Translations under genes and position numbers: made by a program
The notes under the pieces: generated by a model
What the model saw: the letters and a program-made list of their open reading frames with translations, nothing else
Told to the model about the DNA's origin: nothing
Database searches by the model: none
Shown here: in pieces, positions 39,522-49,874 of the stretch
How positions within the stretch are numbered: the first letter of the stretch is position 1
Layout of the letters: each line of letters opens with the position of its first letter
Source of the DNA: an uncultured virus (IMG/VR IMGVR_UViG_3300028048_001320)
Taxonomy: Duplodnaviria > Heunggongvirae > Uroviricota > Caudoviricetes
Reading direction: 5' to 3' (one strand)
Virus record (IMG/VR): IMGVR_UViG_3300028048_001320
DNA: 64,000 bases

Positions 39522-39548
39522 AAAAAAGAGCTGGCTCGCGCCAGCCCT
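39522..39548 (-). terminator. rho-independent terminator after dut
   Basis: GGGCTGGC GCGA GCCAGCTC TTTTTT (GNRA loop). Confidence 0.85.
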
Positions 39549-39554
39549 ATTTAT

Positions 39555-40037
39555 TTAATTTTTTCCAGTTGAACCAAATCCACCTTCACCACGTTCAGTC
39601 TCATTTAATTCATCTACTTCATCCCAATCAAACTGCCAATAAGGTTGAATAATTAATTGAGCAATTCTATCGCCAGGATGTATTATTTGTGGTATATTAC
39701 TATGGTTATAAAGAGCTACGATAATTGGACCTCGATAATCACTATCAATTACTCCTACTTTATTAGCTGGAGCAAGTCCTTGTTTGGTAGCAAGACCGCT
39801 TCTAGGATAAATACCACCAAAACAGCCTTCTGGTATAGCAATAGCAATTCCTGAACTTACTTTAAGAGTATCACCAGGATTAATCTGAATAGCTTCTTTT
39901 ATATCTGCATATAAATCATATCCCGCAGCATATTTACTACCTCTTGTTGGTATAATAGCAGTATCTGAAAGTTTTTTAATTGGTACTAAAGTATTACTAC
40001 CAATTTGAAGTGCAGTATTTAAAATTTTAATTCCCAT
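39555..40037 (-). CDS. dut: trimeric dUTPase
   Basis: AAGYDL, PRSGLA, GVIDSDYRG, GDRIAQL, RGEGGFGSTG motifs. Confidence 0.97.
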   Translation of the reverse strand: MGIKILNTALQIGSNTLVPIKKLSDTAIIPTRGSKYAAGYDLYADIKEAIQINPGDTLKVSSGIAIAIPEGCFGGIYPRSGLATKQGLAPANKVGVIDSDYRGPIIVALYNHSNIPQIIHPGDRIAQLIIQPYWQFDWDEVDELNETERGEGGFGSTGKN

Positions 40038-40040
40038 ATA

Positions 40041-40280
40041 TTATTCTCCATAGTTAATCGTAACTGTTGCATCAGGCTCTTTTTCATCTGTAAACTGCTT
40101 AGTTAAAGTTACTTTATACCAAGCATCAATAACTTCACCTTTAGCCTTGCGCTCTTTATACTGAGAAGTATGCTTTACAAGAGTAAATCTTGTATCATTT
40201 TTTGCTTCTTCTATTGTAGATATAACTTGTTCTTCTGTATCAATTCTATAAGTTTCTGTTACTTGGGTGAGATATTTCAT
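40041..40280 (-). CDS. hypothetical protein
   Basis: ORF track; tight operon packing. Confidence 0.8.
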   Translation of the reverse strand: MKYLTQVTETYRIDTEEQVISTIEEAKNDTRFTLVKHTSQYKERKAKGEVIDAWYKVTLTKQFTDEKEPDATVTINYGE

Positions 40281-40552
40281 TCTGATACTCCTTTATAATT
40301 AATTATTAATTGATTATTATTGTATTGGCACATTTCTTCCTCAAGAATATCTTGTTTAACTTTATTACAGATTGTTTCTAATCCATATAAATCAACGGAA
40401 TTAATGCCATATTCTTTTGATAATTGCATAACAGCTTTAGCATAGTTTTCTAAACTACATAATCTAATTTCTTCTATATTTTCTTTATCATTTGAAAATA
40501 CATAAATTTTTTGTTTTGCATCAAAAGGTCTAATACAACTTACTAACACCAT
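40277..40552 (-). CDS. hypothetical protein
   Basis: ORF track; SD AAGGAGG. Confidence 0.8.
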   Translation of the reverse strand: MVLVSCIRPFDAKQKIYVFSNDKENIEEIRLCSLENYAKAVMQLSKEYGINSVDLYGLETICNKVKQDILEEEMCQYNNNQLIINYKGVSE

Positions 40553-40565
40553 TATATTATCCTCC

Positions 40566-40946
40566 TTACCTACATTCTATTACAGCCTTATCATACGGAA
40601 ATAAATAATAACAATAAGGTTCATCATCTATCATAATCCATATTTCATAAGCAATTTTATCCTCTGTTTTTTCTATTGACATTACTTCACCTCTATCTAT
40701 ACAGCATCCTAAAGCTTCACGAGCTGCCATATGCGGTGCGGTAATACTTTTTCCTTCAAGGTTAAATACTGTATAGTCATTTTGCTCGCGACAAAGTAAC
40801 ATAGCATATTTTACAATACCTTCAAAAAAATCTTCTAACTCTTCTTGCTTTGCGGCAAGCTCTGGATGAGTTAAAGGTTTTTCTACTTCTTTAATTAACT
40901 TTTTATTTGCTTCATAAAGTGTTCCAGCTTGTAATTCCATAATCAT
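40566..40946 (-). CDS. hypothetical protein
   Basis: ORF track; own promoter at 40959-40987. Confidence 0.8.
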   Translation of the reverse strand: MIMELQAGTLYEANKKLIKEVEKPLTHPELAAKQEELEDFFEGIVKYAMLLCREQNDYTVFNLEGKSITAPHMAAREALGCCIDRGEVMSIEKTEDKIAYEIWIMIDDEPYCYYLFPYDKAVIECR

Positions 40947-40958
40947 TCTCCTAAATAT

Positions 40959-40987
40959 ATTATATTAAAAATTTTATTCTTTGTCAA
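40959..40987 (-). promoter_or_regulatory. sigma-A promoter overlapping the nrdG stop
   Basis: TTGACA aagaataaaatttttaa TATAAT. Confidence 0.8.
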
Positions 40988-41490
40988 GAAATTATTTTAG
41001 CATACTGATTATCACTCGCTAAACTAATTCCTAAAACTTCATCGTAATGATATTGTTGATTAGGTATAAATCTACCAAATTTAATAATTATATTACCTCG
41101 ATAATAATATGAGCTAGCAATTTGCCATATTTGTTCTATTTTTTTAGATACTTCAGATTCATTATATCCTGTATAAATAACTATATCAACCTTATCATGA
41201 ACTTTACGTCTAAACTGTTTTATGAATTCAATGACATCTGGCATAGATTCATCTGACAGTGGTTCAAGACCTTGCATAACAATAGCTTCAGTAATAGGGT
41301 TTGATACAAATCTGTCTATTAATGATTCAATAGGCGCATCTACGATTGGCAAAGATGCGAGGGGTAGATTTTGACAAATTTGCATCCCGCACTCTTTCAT
41401 ACATTTAAAATCACAATATGGAAATTCCAACACCATAGCTGGTTTTCTATAATTTATAAAATCTTCATCAATTATTCCTACTAATTTCAT
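40984..41490 (-). CDS. nrdG: anaerobic RNR activating enzyme (radical SAM)
   Basis: CDFKC...CQN, GLEP, IYTGY, IKFGRF, LASDNQ; follows nrdD. Confidence 0.9.
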   Translation of the reverse strand: MKLVGIIDEDFINYRKPAMVLEFPYCDFKCMKECGMQICQNLPLASLPIVDAPIESLIDRFVSNPITEAIVMQGLEPLSDESMPDVIEFIKQFRRKVHDKVDIVIYTGYNESEVSKKIEQIWQIASSYYYRGNIIIKFGRFIPNQQYHYDEVLGISLASDNQYAKIIS

Positions 41491-43460
41491 ATAGCCTCCG
41501 CTGTTTTATTTATACCTTCCCAACGTCTCATTCTATATTCTTTAGAACGTTCTGATGTCCAACTTTTAACAGGTGTATAAAAACCAACTACTCTAGTATA
41601 TTCGGTAGCTATTGGTTTTCCGCACACTGGACATGTTGTTCCATAAAAAGCATGATTATCTTCACAAGCTTGAATTTTAGTATTAAAAGCAAAGTATGTA
41701 ACACCTTGTTGCGCAATATAATTAGTCATTTTAAGAGCTTTTTCAAAACTATCAAATGGAGCGTCTATATTAGCATGAAGGATACTTCCGCCATTACAGA
41801 AACTGTCAAACATAGCTTGTATTCTAATTCTCTCTTGAAGAGTTGTTTTAATACCAAGAGGAATGAATTGATTACCATAAAGAGGTAAATCATAAATTTC
41901 TGCATCTGGATAGAAGAACTTGTCTTTCTTCATAAGTTTTGCGGCAGCTGACTCACCTGGAATTTGTTCTGTATTAATCATATAATCAAGATTATTATCC
42001 TTAATAAAATAATCTGCAACTTTGCGCATAGTTCTAAATATCATTTCTCCAAATGCCGCAGCTTCCGGTTTATAATATACATTACCAAATTCATCCTCTG
42101 TTGTATAACCAAATTTCTTCATTGTTTCATATATTCCAATGAAACCTATAGTATTATACAAATGTTCAAAATCTACTAAACCATAACTAAAATTAGGAAG
42201 TAATCCTTTTTCAACATTACGCTGTATAATATGTCTAACTACATCTAAAGCTCTAAGATTAACTAATGTTCTATGAGCTAAAGTGTCTATATATTCTAAT
42301 TCACTATTTGTATCAAGAGCAATACGAGCAAGATTAATTGTGGAAACCTTTACAGAACCTACTTTAAGCGCAGTTCCTCCAATAGAATTAAAATAACCGA
42401 GGTCTCTAATATCACTCTTTAATCTACAACAGTTACTAAGACTGGTTACAGACTTATCCACAAATATATTAGAATCTGACCAAATCATATTATGGGTTAT
42501 AGCCCATTCTGCAAAGTCAGGGTCTTCAAATCCATCAAGCGAATTAAGGTCATAGATACCTTCTTTTCTTAAAAGAGATATTGAATTTACAGGAAACGTA
42601 AACATATTATCTTTTCTAATATCGCTCATTACTTCAAGATACCACTTTTGGAATTGTATAATATCTTCTTCATAATCTATCATAAAGCTTCCATCCGGAA
42701 ATTCACTTCCGCCAAAAAGCGCTTCAAAATATGGTCTATCAAATACTGATGTATTAGTAAATGCAGACTGCTGACCATCACGTGTATAAGGTTGATTTAC
42801 CGCAAAGATAAATTCCTGAAAGCTCTGTTTAGCATATTTTTCACATTCTTCTGGAGTGTTTAATCCACCAAGATAATGATTTTCACAATCTTTCTTCCAA
42901 AAGTAAAACATATAAGGTATTAAATTTGGAAGTCCAACCGCTCCACTTGACCTATTACTTGCATAACTAATAAATTCTTTTACAAAAGTAACAAATACCC
43001 CAAGATGTTTAGGAGGTTTGTTACCTTTACCAATAAAATATAATCCCTTTTCTGCTAAATCCTTTAAATCATATGCAAAACAATAATGCTTAAAAGTTGA
43101 TGTATCACCATCATGCATATAAAGTTGTCCTATCCACTCCATACGAAGCCATTCATTAGCTGCTTTAAAGCCATACTTTTTCTGATATTCATAATAAATT
43201 TTATTAAAAGCTAATAATTTTCTATGAGCTTTTGGCATTTCAGATAAAAGCGTTACTATATCTTTATTTTTTACGTTTGAATTCGGGTCTATGGATGCAT
43301 CTGCAACAACTGGCTTATCAACAAAATAATCAATAAAGTCTGTATGAGACAATTGACCATCATCAAATCCGTTAATTCGAGCTATATCTGTACCAAACTC
43401 TCCTTGTAGTTTATTATATTGAGTGGTGAAATTTTTACCAAGTTTGATATTAATCTCCAT
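41487..43460 (-). CDS. nrdD: class III anaerobic ribonucleoside-triphosphate reductase (no ATP cone)
   Basis: HD...HYC, SNCCRL, TINLAR, GGSILH, Zn site CEDNH...CPVCG, glycyl loop YTRVVGFY. Confidence 0.95.
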   Translation of the reverse strand: MEINIKLGKNFTTQYNKLQGEFGTDIARINGFDDGQLSHTDFIDYFVDKPVVADASIDPNSNVKNKDIVTLLSEMPKAHRKLLAFNKIYYEYQKKYGFKAANEWLRMEWIGQLYMHDGDTSTFKHYCFAYDLKDLAEKGLYFIGKGNKPPKHLGVFVTFVKEFISYASNRSSGAVGLPNLIPYMFYFWKKDCENHYLGGLNTPEECEKYAKQSFQEFIFAVNQPYTRDGQQSAFTNTSVFDRPYFEALFGGSEFPDGSFMIDYEEDIIQFQKWYLEVMSDIRKDNMFTFPVNSISLLRKEGIYDLNSLDGFEDPDFAEWAITHNMIWSDSNIFVDKSVTSLSNCCRLKSDIRDLGYFNSIGGTALKVGSVKVSTINLARIALDTNSELEYIDTLAHRTLVNLRALDVVRHIIQRNVEKGLLPNFSYGLVDFEHLYNTIGFIGIYETMKKFGYTTEDEFGNVYYKPEAAAFGEMIFRTMRKVADYFIKDNNLDYMINTEQIPGESAAAKLMKKDKFFYPDAEIYDLPLYGNQFIPLGIKTTLQERIRIQAMFDSFCNGGSILHANIDAPFDSFEKALKMTNYIAQQGVTYFAFNTKIQACEDNHAFYGTTCPVCGKPIATEYTRVVGFYTPVKSWTSERSKEYRMRRWEGINKTAEAI

Positions 43461-43691
43461 TTAGTTTGCTCCAATCCATTTTATAATTTCTGAAAATCCT
43501 AATATTTTATCATTTGCTATTAATACTGGCATCTGGCGCACGCCCAATGCACTTAACTCTTCAATGACTTTAGGATTATCTTTTGCATCAATTAATTCAT
43601 ACTTAATATTTGCTTGTTCAAGTTTCTTTTCTATTACACGGCATTTTGGGCAGTGAGTAGAATATAGTCTAATGTTATCCATATCATTCAA
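43461..43691 (-). CDS. glutaredoxin/NrdH-like redoxin
   Basis: LYSTHCPKC ... GVRQMPVL. Confidence 0.85.
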   Translation of the reverse strand: MNDMDNIRLYSTHCPKCRVIEKKLEQANIKYELIDAKDNPKVIEELSALGVRQMPVLIANDKILGFSEIIKWIGAN

Positions 43692-43715
43692 TCCTTTCTC
43701 TATAATGTGATATTA

Positions 43716-43755
43716 TATATAAAAATCATTCAACCAGAATTGAACGATTTAGTCC
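43716..43755 (-). promoter_or_regulatory. putative late-type promoter ahead of redoxin-nrdD-nrdG
   Basis: Minus strand GGACTAAATCGTTCAATTCTGGTTGAATGATTTTTATATA. Confidence 0.6.
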
Positions 43756-44318
43756 TTATTAAATGATGCGCTTGCTATAATTGCAATCCTGTCTATATTA
43801 CGATAAAAATTTGTATCATAATTATTAAGAATAGAATAATTTGTTGTTTTAATTAAATCAATATTTTCATCATAATCTTTTTTATCAGATAAAAATCTTC
43901 TACATATCTCATAGCAATCAGGAGATTTTTCTCTTTCAAGAATATGCATAAGTCTATCTTTTTCAATAGTGCATATATAGACAATTTTTAAATTTATATC
44001 AGGTCTTTTCTCTTCTAACATTTGTTCTACCATAATGTTACTCATTGGAACAACGTTTATTTTATTTTTAACTAAGTCTTCCTCTCCTAATCCATAATAC
44101 CAATCTCTAAAAATTTGAGTATTTAACATAGTTCCATCTAGTACTTTTTTCGCATATTCTTCAAGAGTTAAAAAATGATAGCCATTATCTTTTTCATTTC
44201 TTTTAGGGCGAGTAGTACATAATGTGGTATAATGATAATCTTTACGTTCACCAAGATAAGATGCGGCAGTGTCTTTGCCGCATCCGCTTGGTCCAACGAA
44301 TCCTAATATTTTATACAT
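43749..44318 (-). CDS. gmk: guanylate kinase-like nucleotide kinase
   Basis: GPSGCGKDT, TTRPKR, YHFLT, WYYG. Confidence 0.85.
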   Translation of the reverse strand: MYKILGFVGPSGCGKDTAASYLGERKDYHYTTLCTTRPKRNEKDNGYHFLTLEEYAKKVLDGTMLNTQIFRDWYYGLGEEDLVKNKINVVPMSNIMVEQMLEEKRPDINLKIVYICTIEKDRLMHILEREKSPDCYEICRRFLSDKKDYDENIDLIKTTNYSILNNYDTNFYRNIDRIAIIASASFNKD

Positions 44319-47300
44319 TTATTGACCTCTTTCATTTTCTATTTTAATATTACCAAGTTCATCAATACTGTCTATTTTATAAATTGTATGACCTTGTGTA
44401 TTTGCATACTTTTTAGCTACAAACATATCATCTCTTCTAAAACCATTTATAATTAACATTGTTCCTCTAGTAAACCAACCTTTTTCAACAACTTTCTTTG
44501 TCCCATCAGGTTGAACTTCACTTAGCTGTCGCTTATACATCGCATACATATCACGAGTAAATTTAACTGGAACAACGCCATCTGTCGTTAATAATGATAC
44601 AGTATGCCTTGTATCATTCTTACTAATCACAGTTCCTGCAATTCTAAATAATTCATATATTGGCAGATTTAATCCACCACGTTTCCAATATCTTTCTACT
44701 ATTGGATTAGATGAATAGTCAAAAAAGTTTTTAATTCCATATTTATTACAATCAATATTCTTTAATTCATGGTCATGATAATAAAAACATAATGCTTCCA
44801 TTTCCCATGCAGATAAATTATTTTTATTTGCATATTTTTCCCATGTCTTTTTAAATAAAGCTGCATTATATTCAAATAAAGTTTCATCATGATGTTCTTT
44901 TAACCAAGTACGCACTTTATCCATGTAAACATCATATATTTCTTTTTTCCATACTTTCTGTTGAATAACAGGAACTCCATCTATAACTTCTAAATAATCT
45001 ATATTAAAATTCTTTTCATAAAAATTATACGCTTCAACCGGAACTATAACATAATATTCTATATTCGTTTCTTTATTAATCCATTTATGTTGACCTAAAT
45101 GTTTATTAAAATAATATACTTTCTTTTCAAAATCTAAACTATCTGGTATCATTCCTTCTTGAATAAGACCATTAAGATTTTGAAGAGTTAATTTTTGTTT
45201 TGGTTCACTTGCTTGATATAAATAATAAACCATGTTATAAAATCTTGCTCTCTCTTTATCTATACAACCAAGTTCTCCTGCAATATTGTCAAAAGCGCCA
45301 CCTTTAATTAAAGAAATCATCGCGGTCTTTTTAATTTTAACTCGTGCCATAAAGTCTTTAATACTTGTATAAGGTCTACCCGCTTTAATAATATCTATCA
45401 TTTCTGCATTAACACCACTTAATGCTTTTAGACCAAAAAGTATTTGATTATTTGCTACATCTGGGCGGAAACCATAATCAGACTTATTAATATCTACAAG
45501 AGATACTTTAATTCCGTGGTCAATAATTTCTCCCAATGCTTTCGCTATTTTTGCATAATCAGAGTTCTTTTCTTTTGCTTCAAGGTCTAAATCATCATCT
45601 ATATCATTCTCTTCCAGACTTCCGCTATTAACAACTAAAACTGCGGTATCCCAATATATCGGACTCCATTTAGTTGCAATATATGCTGTTTGATACCCTA
45701 TAAATGAATATGCAAGAGCATGAATGTCTGAAAAAGAATAACCAAGTTGCGGGCGCGCAATTGCATCCCATACATATCTACCTACTCCATCACTTTTAGC
45801 TTGCTCTTTTATCTGTTCACGAAGTTCTGGGATTTTTGACATTTGCTTTTTACCGATAATCTTACGAGCCGCATTGGCATCTTTAAGACTAAAATTACAA
45901 ATATCATTATCCATTAGCGCCTTCATTAACTGTTCCTGCGATATACCAACACCAAATGAAACTTTAAGATATTTTCTGAAAGCCATCTGTTCTAATTCAG
46001 TTAAGCCATAACGCTCCATTTCTCTATCCCACTCACCAGGATTAGTCTTAAATCTCATGTACTTATCCATAGGATTTTCTTCTCCATCTGGAGCCATAAG
46101 ACGAATAAGACCATTGGTGTTACTTAATTCAAGAATATCGTGCGGTTGCACCTTTTTAATACCTTGACTACCTATATCACTATCAAATTGAAAGCAAGCT
46201 AATATTTTTGCTTTATCTATATTATCCCATGTTGCTTTATCGTCTATATCTAATACTTCAGGATGAAGATATTTATCATACACTTCACGAAGTGACATAT
46301 CTTTTGGAAGTTCTCCATCTTCCTGTAAAAATTTAATTGACTGACATAACATGTCTTGCACAGAAGTTAAAAGGAAGTCATATTTTGTCATTCCCGCAGC
46401 TTCGCAGTCATGAAGGTCATATTGTGTAACTACCTCCCCATTAGGAGCTTTCATAAAACATCCAAACTCAAATGGGTCTTCATCAAACATAATTACTCCG
46501 GAAGCATGAATTCCTCTTGATTTTACAAGTCCTTCAATTCCTTTTATAATATCTAATAAACCTGGATACTGATTTACTTCATTAATAAATAATGAAATTG
46601 GTTGGCGACCTTTATCAGGATTTCCTTCAACCATATCTGCAATTGTCCAGTTAAATCCTCTTTCAACTGGAACTAATGATGCAAGATATGTTCCTATATC
46701 TGTATCAATACCATCAGGATATTCTGCACTTCTATATCCGCGGCAAGCAGTCTGTATAGCTGACTTTGCGGTTTCTGTACCAAATGTTGTAACAAATGTT
46801 GCTCCGAGTTCTGAGCTAACGCCATCCGCAAATTTTTGACTTCTTTCCGCCTTAATCTTTTTCATAATAATAGGACGCTTACTTGGACAAAGGTCCAAAT
46901 CAATATCAGGAAGCTCAATTCTATCCTTATTTAAATATCTAAAAAATGGAAGATTCCATTTAATTGGGTCAAGCTGAGTTACACCAAGAAGATAATGATT
47001 TAGTCCTGCACAAGATGAACCTCTTCCCGCTCCAACCAGACTTCCGCAATCCCACATCATATCAATATAATGCTGAAGTGTGATAGGATATTTAAAAATG
47101 TTTGTTCCTAACTTTTCTCCTATTGTTTTCTTTACATCTGCTTCTTCTTCAAGTTCTGCTAAATAAGTTTCATTGCATTTCTTTAATTCTACCAATTTAT
47201 CTACACATTGATTAACCCAATATCTTTCATAAATATCATCTGACATAAACATTTCTGCTAGTATAGGATGATATTTTTCAATAGCTGGTTTAAATGTTTT

Positions 47301-48251
47301 AGGATAATCTTTAACATCAACAGATGGAATAGTCTGCGCATGACGAATATCGTACGTTTCTATCTTATCATACATATCCATACTGTTAACGCATAATGCT
47401 TCATATATCTTACCTATATTATCTATATTACTTTCAAAAGTAGGAGTTAAATCTCTAATACAATCCATTTCATCATGTAAAAATGCATATTGATAAAATG
47501 CATCTACTTCTCTTTCACCTTCTTTTGAGTTAAGATATGCTTTATGAACAAATCTATCTTCTCTCTTCAAAAAGTGACTATCATCACCTACTACTACTTT
47601 AAGATTATATTGATGTGCAATAGTAATAAGCATTTTATTTGCGGCGACCTGCTCTTTACTTGCGCCGGGTGCTATTTCTATATAAAAATCATCTTTAAAT
47701 AATTTAAGACAAAATTCAATAAAGTTAATAATATTATTATAAGCTACAACTTCTCCTTCTTTATCACCTGTTATTCGCGCATTTAATAAATTTAATATAT
47801 TTGAAGATAATTCTCCACCGATACATGCGGAAGTTGCTATTAAATGACCTGGATTACTATTTATAATTTCTTCAAGTTCACTTTTTAACGTAGGAACTCT
47901 TTCCATACCTTTATCATAATATGAGTTAAGCCATGCATTTGAACTAAGCTCACGCAACTGACGATGACCTTCCGCATCTTTAGCTATTAAAATAAAGTGA
48001 TAATATTTTTGTCCTTTATCTCTTGTATCAGTTAAATATATTTCATTTCCTATCGCAATTTTAAAATCAGGATATTTTTCTTGAAGTTGACAAATACGAA
48101 CAGAGTTAGCTATTGTTTCATGGTCTGTAATAGCTAACCCTGCTAAACCTATATCTATACCTCTTTTAACGAGGTTCTCTAATTTATTAATACTGTCAAC
48201 TAAACGAAAGTTTGACATTTCTGTATGATTATGTGGACTAAAACGTTTCAT
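44319..48251 (-). CDS. dnaE: DNA polymerase III alpha subunit (C-family)
   Basis: PHP domain HNHT..S, AITDHE; GAGRGSS; LPDIDLD; GIHASG; KYDFL; GYSFSDIHALAYS; FGLKALSGV. Confidence 0.95.
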   Translation of the reverse strand: MKRFSPHNHTEMSNFRLVDSINKLENLVKRGIDIGLAGLAITDHETIANSVRICQLQEKYPDFKIAIGNEIYLTDTRDKGQKYYHFILIAKDAEGHRQLRELSSNAWLNSYYDKGMERVPTLKSELEEIINSNPGHLIATSACIGGELSSNILNLLNARITGDKEGEVVAYNNIINFIEFCLKLFKDDFYIEIAPGASKEQVAANKMLITIAHQYNLKVVVGDDSHFLKREDRFVHKAYLNSKEGEREVDAFYQYAFLHDEMDCIRDLTPTFESNIDNIGKIYEALCVNSMDMYDKIETYDIRHAQTIPSVDVKDYPKTFKPAIEKYHPILAEMFMSDDIYERYWVNQCVDKLVELKKCNETYLAELEEEADVKKTIGEKLGTNIFKYPITLQHYIDMMWDCGSLVGAGRGSSCAGLNHYLLGVTQLDPIKWNLPFFRYLNKDRIELPDIDLDLCPSKRPIIMKKIKAERSQKFADGVSSELGATFVTTFGTETAKSAIQTACRGYRSAEYPDGIDTDIGTYLASLVPVERGFNWTIADMVEGNPDKGRQPISLFINEVNQYPGLLDIIKGIEGLVKSRGIHASGVIMFDEDPFEFGCFMKAPNGEVVTQYDLHDCEAAGMTKYDFLLTSVQDMLCQSIKFLQEDGELPKDMSLREVYDKYLHPEVLDIDDKATWDNIDKAKILACFQFDSDIGSQGIKKVQPHDILELSNTNGLIRLMAPDGEENPMDKYMRFKTNPGEWDREMERYGLTELEQMAFRKYLKVSFGVGISQEQLMKALMDNDICNFSLKDANAARKIIGKKQMSKIPELREQIKEQAKSDGVGRYVWDAIARPQLGYSFSDIHALAYSFIGYQTAYIATKWSPIYWDTAVLVVNSGSLEENDIDDDLDLEAKEKNSDYAKIAKALGEIIDHGIKVSLVDINKSDYGFRPDVANNQILFGLKALSGVNAEMIDIIKAGRPYTSIKDFMARVKIKKTAMISLIKGGAFDNIAGELGCIDKERARFYNMVYYLYQASEPKQKLTLQNLNGLIQEGMIPDSLDFEKKVYYFNKHLGQHKWINKETNIEYYVIVPVEAYNFYEKNFNIDYLEVIDGVPVIQQKVWKKEIYDVYMDKVRTWLKEHHDETLFEYNAALFKKTWEKYANKNNLSAWEMEALCFYYHDHELKNIDCNKYGIKNFFDYSSNPIVERYWKRGGLNLPIYELFRIAGTVISKNDTRHTVSLLTTDGVVPVKFTRDMYAMYKRQLSEVQPDGTKKVVEKGWFTRGTMLIINGFRRDDMFVAKKYANTQGHTIYKIDSIDELGNIKIENERGQ

Positions 48252-48284
48252 ATAATTTACTCCATTTCATTTGTTCTTATAATA

Positions 48285-48313
48285 ATTTTATCATATTTTT
48301 TATAAAATGTCAA
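48285..48313 (-). promoter_or_regulatory. sigma-A promoter for dnaE
   Basis: TTGACA ttttataaaaaatatga TAAAAT. Confidence 0.75.
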
Positions 48314-48320
48314 TTTTGTA

Positions 48321-48626
48321 TTACTCTTCTTTTTGTCTCTTATCTAACTCTTGCATTAATGCAATATAATATTTATAATCTAAATCTTCAGCATCTTCTC
48401 CAATTTCATATAGATGCTCTCTTACGTTATCTAAAGCATGAAGTAATTCTTCATAAGATAACTTTTGTAAATTTTCATATACTTGTGGTGTCATCTTTTT
48501 ACCCTCTCTTTTCCTTGACTGACTTCTTATCATAACTATTAATTGTAAAATACCAACTATTAAAATTAAAAATGAAAAATTGCCTACTAGCATTTCATTT
48601 ATAATATTTTGTATCATTTGAATCAT
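48321..48626 (-). CDS. hypothetical protein with N-terminal TM helix (internal start at 48494 possible)
   Basis: ORF track; internal GAGAGGGT-AAAAAG-ATG. Confidence 0.6.
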   Translation of the reverse strand: MIQMIQNIINEMLVGNFSFLILIVGILQLIVMIRSQSRKREGKKMTPQVYENLQKLSYEELLHALDNVREHLYEIGEDAEDLDYKYYIALMQELDKRQKEE

Positions 48627-48650
48627 TTGAAAATTCCTCTTTCCTTATAT

Positions 48651-49841
48651 TTATCTTACCACAACAACTTTTTCTTCTCCGCGAGTAATTGCGGTATACA
48701 GCCATCTTTTATGTTCCTCTGGCTGATATGGAAACTTCTCTTCTATAACAAGAACATTTTTCCAACTTGAACCTTGTGCTTTATGTGTAGTAATCGCATA
48801 AGCAAAAGTAAATTGATATGGTATAAGACTTGCATATCTTTGATTTCTACCTAATAAAAATTTTTGTTTTGAAGTTAAGCTAAATTCGCCTTTATCAATC
48901 ATTTTTTTATCAATAGCTAAAGTTCCAAAATCATCATTCGTTTCTGTTACAAAATGACCAATATATGTTTTTATTTCATTGAAAGGTATTTTTGCAAAAG
49001 ATGGAGTGCGTACATATGATTCAAAAGGATTATAAAAATATCCAATTGCGCCGTTGGTAAGAGCATTACCATTTTCTGAAAATGTTTCCCATGAATTGTT
49101 TAAATTAATAACTTTATCTCCATCGCATATTTCGCCTTCATGACCAAGTAGTCTACGCATTTCATTATTAATATTTATTCTTGTTGCATTTGTAGCACAC
49201 AAAATTATATCTGCCCATTCAAGCATACCTGTATTTAACTCTGTTTTTGGTAATACAATAGCATCATTAGATTTAAAACCATCTATATTTTCACCATGTC
49301 TAACTTTCATACTAAGCTGAATGATTCCACTATCAGCTGCCTGACGCATAATCTCATCAAGGAAAATATGCGGATGGTCGAGTAGATGGTTGTCATCGTC
49401 CTTGTTAATTGGCGGTAACTGACCTGGGTCTCCGCAAAATACTACATAAATATTCGGATAAGCAAGTAATCTTTCCATCATTTTTCTTGGTAACATACTA
49501 CACTCATCAACTATAATTACTCTATATTCAAGCTCTGTTTTCGGCGTAAATATAAAAGAGCCATCAGGTCTTGGAATAGCTTTATACATTAATCTATGCG
49601 CGGTCATAGCATTTTTGTTACCTTTATCAATAAGCACTTGCGCAGCTTTGCCTGTATACGCACAAAAACATACATCAGTTTCTTCATGTACTCCATGTGC
49701 AGATAATGCATCTATCATAAATCTAACCAATGTACTTTTACCGCTTCCCGCGTAGCCAGATATTACTGTATACTTGTCATGGTTTAAAAATCTTTCTATA
49801 ACTATTTTTAAGCCTTCTTCTTGCTTTCTTGTTAGTTCCAT
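48651..49841 (-). CDS. RecD/Dda-like SF1B helicase
   Basis: GYAGSGKST, AYTGKAA, IIVDECSM, GDPGQLPP, AYAITTHKAQGSSW, LYTAITR. Confidence 0.9.
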   Translation of the reverse strand: MELTRKQEEGLKIVIERFLNHDKYTVISGYAGSGKSTLVRFMIDALSAHGVHEETDVCFCAYTGKAAQVLIDKGNKNAMTAHRLMYKAIPRPDGSFIFTPKTELEYRVIIVDECSMLPRKMMERLLAYPNIYVVFCGDPGQLPPINKDDDNHLLDHPHIFLDEIMRQAADSGIIQLSMKVRHGENIDGFKSNDAIVLPKTELNTGMLEWADIILCATNATRININNEMRRLLGHEGEICDGDKVINLNNSWETFSENGNALTNGAIGYFYNPFESYVRTPSFAKIPFNEIKTYIGHFVTETNDDFGTLAIDKKMIDKGEFSLTSKQKFLLGRNQRYASLIPYQFTFAYAITTHKAQGSSWKNVLVIEEKFPYQPEEHKRWLYTAITRGEEKVVVVR

Positions 49842-49874
49842 TTTAGAATCTCCTAATATTTTTCTTCTATAAAT

